Of a stretch of 64,000 nucleotides of DNA, positions 27,876 through 40,876 are shown piece by piece. How positions within the stretch are numbered: the first letter of the stretch is position 1; each line of letters begins with the position of its first letter. Source of the DNA: Leucoraja erinacea. Its lineage: Eukaryota. The notes beneath the pieces were generated by a model. That model did not search any database. It saw only the letters and a list, made by a program, of their open reading frames with translations, and was not told the origin of the DNA. The position numbers and the translations under genes were made by a program. The stretch spans positions 1,302,001 to 1,366,000 of the forward strand of contig NC_073414.1 of the NCBI RefSeq assembly GCF_028641065.1. Reading direction: 5' to 3'.

Positions 27876-29844
27876 TAGAAACATAGAAATTAGGTGCAGG
27901 AGTAGAGGCCATTCGGCCCTTCGAGCCTGCACCATTCGCCATTCAATATGATCATGGCTGATCATCCAACTCAGTATCCCGTACCTGCCTTCTCTCCATA
28001 CCCCCTGATCCCCTTAGCCACAAGGGCCACATCTAACTCCCTCTTAAATATAGCCAATGAACTGTGGCCTCAACTACCCTCTGTGGCAGAGAATTCCACA
28101 GATTCACCACTCTCTGTGTGAAAAAAGTCCTTCTCATCTCGGTTTTAAAGGATTTCCCCCTTATCCTTAATAGATGGGACATTGTTGGCCAGTGTGGGCG
28201 AGTTGGGCTGAAGGGCCTGTTTCCACACTGGATCACACTACGACCCCTCTCGGAGGGAGTGACCTCTGTTGGTTTGGCAAAACGGATAATCCAGACTCTG
28301 GAAGCAAAGATACTGCAAGATCGGTGGTGGGCCTGCTGTATGTTTACATATTCTGTTGTGCTGCTGCAAGGAAAGATTTCATTGCTCCGTCTCGGGACAT
28401 ATGACAATAAAACAGTCTTCACTCTTGTCGAGATACTGACAGAGGCGGAGAGGAATAACACACCTGCTTTACCATTAGGAGCTGCCCTGGGCCTGCGAGG
28501 TTTAGTTTTAGGAACATCACCCATTCCTTCTCTCCAGAGATGCTGCCTGTCCTGCTGAGTTACTCCAGTGTTCTGTGTCTACCTGAGGTTTAGTTTTACT
28601 TTCGTTCAGACGGAAACAGGCCCTTCGGCCCACCGAGTCCGCGCCGACCAGCGATCCCCGCACACTGTGACACTATCCTACACACACACGCAATCTTCAC
28701 ATTTACACCAAGCCGATTAACCTAGAAACCTGCACGTCTTTGGAGTGTGGGATGAAACCGGAGCGCCCGGAGAAAACCCACGCGGTCAAGGAGAGAACGT
28801 ACAAACTCTGTACAGACAGCACCTGTAGTCAGGATCGAACCCGGGTCTCTGGCGCTTTGAGGCAGCAACTCTACCCGCTGTGTCACATAGAAACATAGAA
28901 ATTAGGTGCAGGAGTAGGCCATTCGGCCCTTCGAGCCTGCACCGCCATTCAATATGATCATGGCTGATCATCCAACTCAGTATCCCGTACCTGCCTTCTC
29001 TCCATACCCCCTGATCCCCTTAGCCACAAGGGCCACATCTAACTCCCTCTTAAATATAGCCAATGAAGTGGCCTCAACTACCCTCTGTGGCAGAGAGTTC
29101 CAGAGATTCACCACTCTCTGCGTGAAAAAAGTTCTTCTCATCTCGGTTTTAAAGGATTTCCCCCTTATCCTTAAGCTGTGAACCATGTCTCCCAGAAACT
29201 CAAGGGGAGGTAATGTCATTGCAATGTTTTTAAAGCATGCCATCCTCTTCCACCACCTCCCTCCCTCCCTCCCCCCTCCGCTGTTGGTCCTGATGTTGTC
29301 ATCACCCTTTATTGATCCATGATTATTCCTGGAGTGTAAGGGGCCATCTTACAATGACAGGCCGGCCGCACAACACAGTAATGCCTCAGCTAGATAGAGC
29401 CTGCCACAGACACCAGCGGCTGTCTCTGTGTTTCCCTGTCACCCTAGTGAAACCACATCCAACCCCCCCTCCCCAAACACCAGCTAATCCCAGCCTGTTC
29501 CACCCCCTCTCCCCCAGTGAGAAATGTATCTTCAGTTGAGTTAAACCTGAACAGGGAGGAACTGCAGATGCTGGTTTCAACACAAGACAAGATACAAAAT
29601 GCTGGAGTAACTCAGCGAGACACAGAATGGGTGGAGGCCCTTCTGCAGACAAGTCTGTACAAGTGTCACCCATTCCTTCTCTCCAGAAATGCCGCCTGAG
29701 TTACTCCAGCATTCTGTGTCTTATCTCGGGTTACAAACCAGCATCTGCAGTTCCTTCCCGCAGAGCTAATATATCATCTGCTCGCAGCTGAGCGGGGACT
29801 GAGCTGGTTAAAGTCGACATTAGTGCCCCCAACCCCAGTCTCAC

Positions 29845-30140
29845 CTTCATCACAAAGGAACAGTCAGCAGAGTGTGGCGGCTTCTCAGTCCGGGGCTGCT
29901 GCTAAGTCTAGTCCTCTGCTCTGCCATGCGATTGCAGGCCCGGGAGGTGGGACAGTCCTGGAGTCGGGCACACACACACACACTCACTCTCACACGCTCA
30001 GATCAACACAGGGAGGGGTCTGTCTCTCGCTCGCTGCCTCCCTCTGCGGCGCTGTGTTTCACCACCTCCTCAGCAGAGGTGCATGTGTCTCCAGGGCAGG
30101 CTCAGGCGCTTTTTGCAAAATCCTCCGGCCTTAACAACAT
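29845..30140 (-). other. Candidate non-coding 5'UTR exon of FBXO46
   Basis: Unique GC-rich block bounded by CTTTGCAG and AAG|GTGAGA on the - strand. No transcript evidence. Confidence 0.3.
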
Positions 30141-33100
30141 CTGCAAAGCTAAACGAGGAAGGCCATTTGTTGACAGACACTTGCGAGGCTGCGAGAGCGT
30201 ATCATGACACAGTATTCACGGCATGCCTATATATGGATGGAGGGATTACTCTGGCCTGGTGAGACAGAGTGGACTGCAGCTCTCCACTCTGCACTGTAGA
30301 GTCAGCTCTGCTCCAAACAGCCAGCCAGCCAGCGTTAATTAACTCATTGCACACTTCACTCACCTGTTCCTCAGAAGCAAAGACACTACTAGATCCTCTG
30401 CTCCAAAAGACAAACACAAAAAACTGGAGTAACTCAGCGGGAGAGACAGCATCTCTGGAGAGAAGGAATGGGAGACTCGAGACTCTTTCAGTTCTAACCA
30501 GTCAGCAGAAAGACAACACCTATTTCCTTCGCTCCATAGATGCTGCTGCACCCGCTGAGTTTCTGCAGCATTTTTGTGTACCAGCAGAAAGACAATACAT
30601 GATTACAATCAATCAGGCTGAAGAAGGGTTTCGGCCTGAAACGTTGCCTATTTCCCGAGGGTCTCAACCCGAAACGTTGCCTATTTCCTTCGCTCCATAG
30701 ATGCTGCTGCACCCACTGAGTTTCTCCAGCATTTTTGTCTACCTACGATTTTCCAGAATCTGCAGTTCCTTCTGATACAATCAATCAGGTATTCTTCAGG
30801 TCTTTCAGTCTGAAGAAGGGTCTCGACCAGAAACGTCACCCATTCCTTCTCTCCAGAGATGCTGCCTGTCCAGCTGAGTTACTCCAGCATTTTGTGTCTA
30901 TCTTCGGTTTAAACCTGCATCTGCAGTTCCTTCTTCCCACACACCTGTTACCCCTCCTATTCAATAACAACATAAATAACCTGCTGACCCAAGCAATATG
31001 TGTCTGAAGGAACTGCAGATACAAGAGTCTCGACCCGAAACGTCACCCATTCCTTCTCTCCAGAGATGCTGCCTGACCCGCTGAGTTACTCCAGTATTTT
31101 GTGTCTATCTATGGTTATATATCCTATTCAATAAAACCAAAAATACACTACAAGTTACCAGGAATAGATCGGTTAAAGGCACAGTCTTTTATATAAACCA
31201 GCATCTGCAGTCTACACAGATGCTGCCTGACCCGCTGAGTTACTCTAGCACTCTGTGTCTATCTGCAGTTGTAGATTCATAGTCACATATTACCATTGCA
31301 GACGCTCAGGCGTCTCTGGTTTCAGAACATAGAACATACAACAGTACAGCACAGGAACTGGCCCTTCGGCCCACAATGTCCGTGCTGTAAATGACACTGA
31401 GTTAAACTAATCTCTGCCTGCACGTGATCCATATCCCTCCATCCCCTGCACATCCCAGCTCTTCCCAGCTGTTATCAGGCAACTGAATCATCCTATCAAG
31501 AACTAGAGTGTGGTCCTGAACTACTATCTAACTCATTGGCGATCCTCGGACTATCTTTGATCGGCCTTTACTGGACTTTATCTTGCACTAAATGTTATTA
31601 GTAGGGGAATTGAGAACCAGGGGGCTTAGGTTTAAAATGAAGGGGGAACGATTTTATAGGAACGTGAAGGACTGATTGTGGATGATCAGCCATGATCATA
31701 TTGAATGGTTGTGTTGGCTCGAAGGGCCGAATGGCCTACTCCTGCACCTATTTTCTATGTAAGTTTATTCACACAAAGAGTGGTGGGTGTCTGGAACAAG
31801 CTGCCGGAGGAGGTAGTTGAGGCTGGTACAATCGCAACGTTTAAGAAACATTTAGGCAGTACATGGATAGGATAGGTTTGAAGGGATCAGGGCAGGTAGG
31901 TTGGGCTAGTGTAGATGGGGCAGGTTGGTCGGTGTGGGCAAGTTGGGCCTGTTTCCACACTGTATCACTCTATGATGCTATGATTCTAATCGTTTGCGAT
32001 CCCTGGTCATGTCAGTGTTTACTATGTGTGGCTGGGTGTGAGGAAGTATTTACAATGAGCGTCTGGGAGTTTGCCAGTATATACAGGAGGGCTGTCCCTC
32101 TGGGATGTGGGCCAGTGAGATTGTTTCCCTCAGAGAGTGTACTAACCAGCATCTACAGTTCCTTCCTCTAGACAGTCTCCAATTATTCCACAGTCCAAGA
32201 ACACCAAAATAAACCTTCCAGAAACAAGGAACTGCAGATGCTGGTTTACAACAAAACAACAACAAAAAAGACACAAAGTGCTGGAGTAACTGGACTCCAG
32301 AATCAAGAACCAGAGGACATGGGTTTAAGGTGAGGGGGGAAAGATTTAATATGAATCTGAGGGGCAAATTCTTAATACAAAAAGTGGTAGGTATATGGAA
32401 CGAGCTGTCAGAGGAGGTAGTTGAGGCAGGTACCATCATAACATCCAAAACACATTTGAACAGAAGAAGGGTTGGTGTGGGACCCGAAACATCACCCATT
32501 CCTTCTCTCAAGTGATGCTGTCTGTCCCACTGAGTTACTCCAGCTTTTTGTGTCTATGGACAGGTACATAGAGAGGATAGGATAGGTTTGGGGTCTCGAC
32601 CCAAAACGCCACCATTCCTTCTCTCTGGAAATGCTGCCTGACCCGCTGAGTTACTCCAGCATTTTGTGTCTTTCTTCAGTGTAACCCAGCATCTGCAGAT
32701 CCTTCCTACACAATAGAGTAGGTGTAGTGATATGTGGGCCAAACTGGCAGGAGGGATCATGGCAAATGGGCTATTTCAGTCAACATAGGCAAGTTGGCCC
32801 GAAGGATCTGTTTCCAATTCAGCGGGTCAGGTGTCATCTCCAAGGAACCATGAATCTGACGAAGAGTCTCCTGAAACATTCTTAAGGGGTTGGACAGGCT
32901 AGATGTAGGAAGATTGCTCCCGATGTTGGGGAAGTCCAGGACAAGGGGTCACAGCTTAAGGATAAGGGGGAAATCCTTTAAAAACGAGATGAGAAGAACT
33001 TTTTTCACACAGAGAGTGGTGAATCTCTGGAACTCTCTGCCGCAGAGGGTAGTCGAGGCCACAGTTCATTGGCTATATTTAAGAGGGAGTTAGATGTGGC

Positions 33101-34144
33101 CCTTGTGGCTAAGGGGATCAGAGGGTATGGAGAGAAGGCAGGTACGGGATACTGAGTTGGATGATCAGCCATGATCATATTGAATGGCGGTGCAGGCTCG
33201 AAGGGCCGAATGGCCTACTCCTGCACCTAATTTCTATGTTTCTATGTTTCTATCTACACTAGTCCCACTTGCCTGCGCTTGGTCCATATCCCTCCAAACC
33301 TGTCCTATCCATGTACCTGTCTAACTGTTTCTTAAACGGTGGGATAGTCCTCTGACAGCCCGTTCCATACACCCACCACCATGATCATATTGAATGGCGG
33401 TGCAGGCTCGAAGGGCCGAATGGCCTCTACTCCTGCACCTATTGTTTATGTTTCTATCACCTAAACATGTTCTTTACGTTTCCACTGTTGGGAGAGTCTA
33501 GGACCAGCGGACACAGCCTCAGAATTAAAGGGCACTCTTTTAGAAAGGAGGTGAGGAGGAACTTCCTTAGACAGAGAGTAGTTAATCTGTGGAACTCATT
33601 GCCACAGAGGGCTGTGGAGGCCAAGTCAGTGGGTATTTTTAAGGCAGAGATAGAAAAATTATTGATTAGAACAGGTGTCAAGGTTTGTGGGGAGGAGGCA
33701 GGAAAATGGGATTAGGTGGCAGAGAACAGTCATGGTTGAATGGTGGTGTGGTCTCGATGGGCCGAATGGCCTAATTCTACTATAATTTGTGAACTTGGAA
33801 CCTGGCTCATTCTAGACCTCCAGCACTGTGTGTCTTTTTTTTTTGGCAAACCAGCATCTGCAGTTCCTTGTTTCCCCATGATACTTCAGCGGCTACTGAC
33901 TGCTGCAAGAAGCTCAGTCTCAGGTTACAGTTGGCTCAGACATCCTGGGGAGATTTTCATCTCAAAGAACCAACCAAACAGGTAATAAAATTAATCCATG
34001 CAAAAACATCTTAAAATGCAAAGTCACACAAGTTGCAATATTATTTTCATAGCACACAACTCCAGATATCCATGTAAGTGACTTTAATGTTGGTGTCCTG
34101 GCCTTGCCTGCAGTCCTAGTGTGGTGTGACCCATTGCCCAGATG

Positions 34145-34347
34145 TACAGGTGAGGTGCACAGGTGAGGTGTTACAGGTGAGGTGCAGAGGTGAGGTGTAG
34201 AGGTGAGGTGTTACAGGTGAGATGCGCAGATGAGATGCACAGGTGAGGTGTACAGGTGAGATGCACAGGTGAGATGCACAGGTGAGATGCACAAGTGAGG
34301 TGCGCAGGTGAGGTGTTACAGGTGAGGTGTTACAGGTGAGGTGTTAC
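34145..34347. repeat. 12-13-bp tandem repeat (ACAGGTGAGGTG-type)
   Basis: About 15 units, most containing CAGGTG. Confidence 0.9.
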
Positions 34348-34500
34348 CTGTTCTCTTGTCCTGCCTCTCGCCTCCATTCAGGCCATTTAATCCCACTTCC
34401 GGGAGATGTACATCAGGACTTAAGAAGTTAGGCGGGCCCAAACACAATGCCCTCTGGGGATCGTAGCTCAATATCGCAGTGACTTCTGGGGATTGTAGTA
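34348..34500 (-). promoter_or_regulatory. Putative FBXO46 promoter and non-coding first exon
   Basis: Two ZNF143/SBS-like motifs (rc ACTACAATCCCCAGAAG at 34483-34499; 34448-34467), ETS CCGGAAGTG (34394-34402), YY1-like AAATGGC, and CAG|GTAAC donor at 34348/34347. Confidence 0.6.
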
Positions 34501-34528
34501 CGAAGGGGCTGCAGATGTTGGTTTAAAC

Positions 34529-34542
34529 CAAAGATACTATTG
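34529..34542. mobile_element. Short P-element-like footprint inside a Penelope-like repeat
   Basis: GTTTAAAC-CAAAGATACTATTG-GTTTAAAC. Other copies of the host repeat have a single GTTTAAAC. Confidence 0.65.
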
Positions 34543-34559
34543 GTTTAAACTGAAGATGG

Positions 34560-34826
34560 ACACAAAACGCTGGAGTATCTCAGCGGGTCGGGCAGCACCT
34601 GTGGAGAACATGGATAGGTGACGTTTCACAGAGTGCTGGAGTAACTCAGCGGGTGCAGCAGCATCTGTGGAGAACATGGATAGGTGACGTTTCACAGAGT
34701 GCTGGAGTAACTCAGCGGGTCAGGCAGCATCTGTGGAGAACATGGATAGGTGACGTTTCACAGAGTGCTGGAGTAACTCAGTGGGTCAGGCAGCAGCATC
34801 TGTGGAGAACATGGATAGGTGACGTT
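34560..34826 (-). repeat. 66-bp Penelope-derived tandem array
   Basis: About 4 copies of the same unit as 26097-26565. Confidence 0.85.
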
Positions 34827-37371
34827 CCTGAAGAAAACGATGGAAGAAATCCCTCCTCATCTCCTCATATAGCAGTCTGAAGAAGAGTCTCAAACCAAAA
34901 CATCACCCATTCCTTCTCTCCAGAGATGCTGCCTGACCCGCTGAGTTACTCCAGCGTTTTGTGTCTTCGGTATAAAACAGCATCTGCAGTTCCTTCCTAC
35001 ACACATATATACATATACATATATATGTATATATCACACTAAACTTTTTTTCTCGGTTATTATCTTGTTTTCACACAGAGAGTGGTGAATCTCTGGAATT
35101 CTCTGCCACAGAAGGTAGTTGAGGCCACACAGTTCATTGGCTATATTTAAGTGGGAATTAGATGTGGCCCTTGTGGCTAAAGAGATCAGGGGGTATGGAG
35201 AGAAGGCAGGGATGGGATACTGAGTTGGATGATCAGCCATAATCATATTGAATGGCGGTGCAGGCTCGAAGGGCCGAATGGCCTCTACTCCTGCACCTCT
35301 TGTCTATGTTTCTACGTTTACAGTGTACTATGTTTACATATTGTGTTGTGCTGCAGCCAGTAAGAATGTCATTGTTCTATCTGGGACACATGACAATAAA
35401 ACACTCCGGACTCTTGAAAACATCTCGCCTTCTGACCTCGTGATAGAAGCAAGGTCCTTATTGAAGTAACTAAATATAGTAGACACACATACACTGCCTT
35501 GTACAACTGCATTCACGAGCCGACTTGTTGAAATAACACCTACCAACGAAGTAAGGTACTTATATTTTGGTAAAATAATTAACCTTTGTAAGTTAAATTA
35601 TCTTAAAGCATGTCAATCTTTGCAAACATAATTTCCAAGGCAGAGCAGACTGGTGCAATTTAAGTAATTACTTAATAACATTAACAGTATTTAAAGTGTA
35701 AATATATAGATTGCATATGGTTGGGGTGATAGATTTAATTGTTTTTAATGACAAATTCCTGTGATCTCAATCTAATGGTAAATGCTATGTGGTTTGAAAT
35801 TATTTTAATGGTTCTCGTTTTATCATTAAAATCTCCTCCGAACGTGTGAGATGATGGAAAGGTTGTTAGTGCAAAAGCAACGCAGATATCAAAGAATTAG
35901 CGCAGACAATGTAAAGAAACAATGTATATGGACTTCCCCAGGGACTGGTGGGCTGGAGCCAGTCTGTCTGCAAAGTCCAACTGATCTTTCTCAATCTAAG
36001 TCCAGAGTCCCAGTCTCCGCCAATAAATACAGCCTAACCTTTCTGTGTGTGGGTGGGAGTGTTTGCTCTGCAATTTTAGTCTGCAGCCTTAAAGTGACCC
36101 CCACCTACCGATCTGAAGGGCCAAGAGCGTTTCATTGTCAACTGGGTAAGAAGGAACTGCAGATGCTGGTTTACACAGAAGATAGACAGAGTGCTGGAGT
36201 AACTCAGCGGGTCAGGCAGCAGCATCTCTGGTGAGAAAGAATTAGTGGTGTTTCAGGTCGAGGCCCTTCTTCACAGGGGTCACAGCTTAAGGATAAGGGG
36301 GAAATCCTTTAAAACCGAGATGAGAAGAACTTTTTTTACACAGAGAGTGGTGAATCTGTGGAACTCTCTGCCACAGAGGGTAGTTGAGGCCAGTTCATTG
36401 GCTATATTTAAGAGGGAGTTAGATGTGGCCCTTGTGGCTAAGGGGATCAGGGGGTATGGAGAGAAGGCAGGTACGGGATACTGAGTTGGATGATCAGTCA
36501 TGATCATATTGAATGGCGAATGGTGCAGGCTCGAAGGGCCGAATGGCCTACTCCTGCACCTAATTTCTATGTTTCAGTTACTCCAGCTTTTTATGTCTAT
36601 TTTCGGTTTAAATCAGCATCTGCAGTTCCTTCCCACACCAGGAAATTCCTACTGTGTAGGAAGGAACTGCAGATGCTGGTTTACACCGAAGATAGACACA
36701 ACATGCTGGAGTAACTCAGCGGGTTAGGCAGCATCTCTGGAGAAAAAGGAATAGGTGAAATTTCGGGTCGAGATCCTCCTTCAGACTGAGTCAGGGGAGA
36801 GGGAAACAAGAGATCAAGTCAGGGACCAATAAATTCCTATTTACAGCAGCATTTAACACAGGCATGTATTTATATGCAACACACATACACACACACACAT
36901 GGTGGCACAGTGCTGCAGATGGTAACCTCACTTTGCAAGATTCTATACAAGATTCCAGCATCTGCAGTTCCTTTGTGTCTCCCTTTAAACCTTTCCCATC
37001 CATGTACCAGTCCAAAGTCCTTTCAATGTTACCAGCCAATGTCCCAGCCTCAACTACCTCCATACACCCATCACCCTCTGTGTGAAAAACGCCTCTCAAG
37101 TACCTATTGAATATTTTGTCAATTCACAAATTTTTTTGCTTAGTTTATTTGAGAGATACAGACCCTTCGGCCCGTCGAGTCCGTGCTGGCCGGTAATCCC
37201 TGCACACTAACACTATCCTATAAAGTATCTGTTATTGTCATTCAGACATTTCAGTCTGAACAAAATTGCAGACATAACATAGAATAAAATAACAAAACAC
37301 ATAATGAACACAGTTTAACATCCACCACAGGGAGTTCTACACACACAAGGGACAATTTACCTACAAACCTG

Positions 37372-37882
37372 TCTGAAGACGGGTCCCGACATGAAACGTC
37401 ACCTATCCATGTTCTACACAGATGCTGCCTGACCCGCTGAGTTACTCCAGCACTCTGAAATGTCACCTATCCATGTTCTCCACAGATGCTGCCTGACCCG
37501 CTGAGTTATGGTGCAGCAGCATCTATGGAGCTAAGGAAATAGGCAACGTTTAAGGCCAAAACACTTCTGGCAATAGGCAACGTTTCGGGCCGAAACCCAG
37601 AAGGGTTTTGGCCCGAAACGTTGCCTATTTCCTTAGCTCCATAGATGCTGCCTGACCCGCTGAGTTACTCCAGCACTCTGTGAAACGTCACCTATCCATG
37701 TTCTCCACAGATGCTGCCTGACCCGCTGAGTTACTCCAGCACTCTGTGAAACGTCACCTATCCATGTTCTCCACAGATGCTGCCTGACCCGCTGAGTTAC
37801 TCCAGCACTCTGTGAAACGTCACCTATCCATGTTCTCCACAGATGCTGCTGACCCACTGAGTTACTCCAGCACTCTGTGTCT
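37372..37882 (+). repeat. 66-bp Penelope-derived tandem array, headed by a degenerate hammerhead core and with a central palindromic insert
   Basis: CTGAAGACGGGTCCCGACATGAAACGTC, then TGAAACGTCACCTATCCATGTTCTCCACAGATGCTGCC... units. Confidence 0.85.
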
Positions 37883-38174
37883 TTTGTTAACAAACGGGAT
37901 TACATTGTTTTGAACACTAGTCTCCACAACTCTCCACCTAACACACACATACATATATAGAAACATGGAAAACAGGTGCACGAGTTGGGCCATTCGGCCC
38001 TTCGAGCCAGCACCGCCATTCAATATGATCATGGCTGATCATCCAAACCCCATTCCTGCTTTTTTCCCCAATATACCTTGATTCCATTAGTCCACAGAGC
38101 TAAATCTAACTCTCTCTTGAAAACATCCAGTGAATTGGCCTCCACTGACTTCTGTGGAAGAGAATTCCACAGAT

Positions 38175-38425
38175 TCACACACACACACATACATATACAT
38201 ACCTATATACACACGTATATATATACTCAGACATGCATAATATATACACACACACATCTATATACATAAACATATATACACTCGCAGACACACAAACATA
38301 TATACACAAGCACATATATATATATATATACACACACACATGTATAATACATATATATATAAAATATACAGGTGTATATATATATATATATATATACATA
38401 CACAGATACATGCATGTACACACAC
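38175..38425. repeat. (CA/TA)n microsatellite region upstream of nanos2
   Basis: Alternating purine-pyrimidine tract. Confidence 0.9.
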
Positions 38426-38774
38426 TGACACCTGCAAGGGGGGGAGAATGCACTTCATTGCAAAGTCGATCTTGCAGCCAGCATTCACTCAAAGAAACAA
38501 GAAAGAGAGCAAAATAAACAAGGCGACTGTGTGGAGCTGTTAATGACCTGGTTGGATGCAGTGAGTGATGGGGAAGGGGGGGGGGAGGAGTGTAAAGTGG
38601 CTGCAACCTGTGTGACTGCCTGCAAGAGCAGATGACAAGTGGTCTTTAAATTTAAAATGCTCTTGTTATTTCAGTGCCCCTCCCCTCTCTCCCCCCCCTC
38701 CTCCTCTCCCTTTAATGGGTTGTGGCCAGGAGATGAGGTACACTGTGGTTCTGGGCGTTGAAGTGGATGGTACC

Positions 38775-39248
38775 ATGGAGAGGATTGTTCCCAGGTTTGC
38801 TTTGGGAACCCAGGAGTTTGACATCTGGAAGGACTACCTGCAGCTGTCACTGAAGGTGGAGGAGTTGTGTCGGCCTGGGCTGGACGGTAGCGAGCCAGCG
38901 GATGTGCCCGCCGCTCCCGCTCCCCTCTCCGCTGGCACCGTACGCCCGCGGCTGGTGTCGTCGTCCAGCGAGTCGCCGCCCGACTGTGACGGTCCCGGCA
39001 AGAACGCGGGCAGCATCTGCACCTTCTGCAAGCACAACGGCGAGTCACGCAAGGTGTACACCTCGCACATGCTGAAGACCGATGGCGGGAGGGTGGTGTG
39101 CCCGATACTTCGCAACTACGTTTGCCCGCTGTGCCAAGCCACGGGCGACTCTGCGCACACCCTGAAGTATTGCTGCTTCAACCCCGACAAACAATCTCTC
39201 TACCGCAACCACGGGCGTAACTCAGTGGGCAAGAAGTCACGTCGCTGA
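38775..39248 (+). CDS. NANOS2: Nanos homolog 2 (upstream in-frame ATGs at 38715 and 38733 are possible)
   Basis: NOT1-interacting motif FDIWKDYLQL. Two CCHC fingers CTFCKHNGESRKVYTSH...CPILRNYVCPLCQATGDSAHTLKYC. NANOS2-type tail QSLYRNHGRNSVGKK. ACCATGG Kozak context at 38775. Confidence 0.93.
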   Translation: MERIVPRFALGTQEFDIWKDYLQLSLKVEELCRPGLDGSEPADVPAAPAPLSAGTVRPRLVSSSSESPPDCDGPGKNAGSICTFCKHNGESRKVYTSHMLKTDGGRVVCPILRNYVCPLCQATGDSAHTLKYCCFNPDKQSLYRNHGRNSVGKKSRR

Positions 39249-39269
39249 CTGGCCAGCCAAAATCTACCA

Positions 39270-40230
39270 AACGAGACCTCCTTCTAAAACTTGAAACACA
39301 GGCAGACAAACCTTGTAGATGGCCAAAGTTAACGGGACAAGCCACCTTCTTCTAAAACTTGAAACACAGGCAGAGAAACCTTGTAGATGGCCAAAGTCAA
39401 TGGGACAAAACACCTTCTTCTAAAACTTGAAACACAGGCAGACAAACCTTGTAGATGGCCAAAGTTAACGGGACAAGCCACCTTCTTCTAAAACTTGAAA
39501 CACAGGCAGACAAACCTTGTAGGCAGCCTAGGTCAATGGGACAAGACACCTTCTTCTAAAACTTGAAACACAGGCAGACAAACCTTGTAGATGGCCAAAG
39601 TCAACGGGACAAGATACCTTCTTCTAAAACTTGAAACACAGGCAGACAAACCTTGTTGGCAGCCTAGGTCAACTGGATAAGAGACTTTCTTCTAAAACTT
39701 GTAACAGACAAACCTTGTAGATGGCCAAAGTCAACGGGACAACACACCTTCTTCTAAAACTTGAAACACAGGTGGAAAAAAGTTGTACATGGCCAAAGCC
39801 AACCAAACCAGATTATGAAGAAGGGTCTCCACCCAAAACGTCACCCATTCCACCTCTCCAGAGATGCCGCCTGTCCCGCTGAGCTACTCCAGCATTTTGT
39901 TTCTATCTTCAAACAAGATAATTTATTTTAAAACTTGTAACGCAGGCAGAGAAGCCTTGTCGATGGCTGAAGTCAACCAGAAAGGGAGACCTTCTTCTAA
40001 AGCTTGCAACATAAGCAAGGAAGCTTTGTAGAAGGCTGGTCAACCAATCGAGAGACTTTCTTTTAAATCTTGTAAAATAAGTAAAGAGGTTTTATAGACA
40101 AAAACAGAGACTTTTCTTTTAAAACTTCTAACATAAGCATAGATGTTTTGTAGACGGCTAAAGTCAACCAAAAGGGAGACTTATCTTTTAAAACTTGTAG
40201 CATAAGCAGAGAAGTTTTGTACATAGCATT
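39270..40230 (+). repeat. 68-bp tandem array in the nanos2 3'UTR (8 well-conserved plus ~5 diverged units)
   Basis: CTAAAAC anchor at 39284, 39352, 39420, 39488, 39556, 39624, 39692 and 39754. Penelope-like insert at ~39815-39910. Candidate polyA signal ATTAAA at 40389. Confidence 0.95.
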
Positions 40231-40465
40231 GCCGGTACATTAATGCTTAAGATGAATGGATCAGAATTGGTTTGATGTTCATTTATATTTATGATGCTGG
40301 ACTGCCGACATTTTTGTTTTATTTGCCGCTTTACGGAAGTTGTACAATGTCTTGAAAAGAGTTTTATTTTTCTTGAGGAACGTTGTATATTAAAGTACGT
40401 TTTTATCTTTGTGAATTCTGCTTACTTTTTACTCTGATAGGGTCAGTGTGGCAGATGTGTAATTA

Positions 40466-40876
40466 GAAACAGAAACATAGAAATTAGGTGCAGGAGTAGA
40501 GGCCATTCGGCCCTTCGAGCCTGCACCGCCATTCAATATGATCATGGCTGATCATCCAACTCAGTATCCCGTACCTGCCTTCTCTCCATACCCCCTGATC
40601 CCCTTAGCCACAAGGGCCACATCTAACTCCCTCTTAAATATAGCCAATGAACTGGCCTCAACTACCCCCTGTGGCAGAGAATTCCACAGATTCACCACTC
40701 TCTGTGTGAAAAAAGTTCTTCTCATCTCGGTTTTAAAGGATTTCCCCCTTATCCTTAAGCTGTGACCCCTTGTCCTGGACTTCCCCAACATCGGGAACAA
40801 TTTTCCTGCATCTAGCCTGTCCAACCCCTTAAGAATTTTGTAAGTTTCTATAAGATCCCCTCTCAATCTTCTAAAT
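40466..40876 (-). mobile_element. CR1/HER1-like LINE 3' fragment
   Basis: RGDLIETYKILKGLDRLDAG...WNSLP plus 3'UTR. Confidence 0.9.

Noticed and set aside
30378-30400. CAAAGACACTACTAGATCCTCTG as another footprint (also CAAAGATCTTTG near 42927)
   Set aside because: No convincing 8-bp flanking duplication.
39270-39800. 68-bp array as a CRISPR-like locus
   Set aside because: Whole units are repeated with no unique spacers, the context is eukaryotic, and there are no cas genes.
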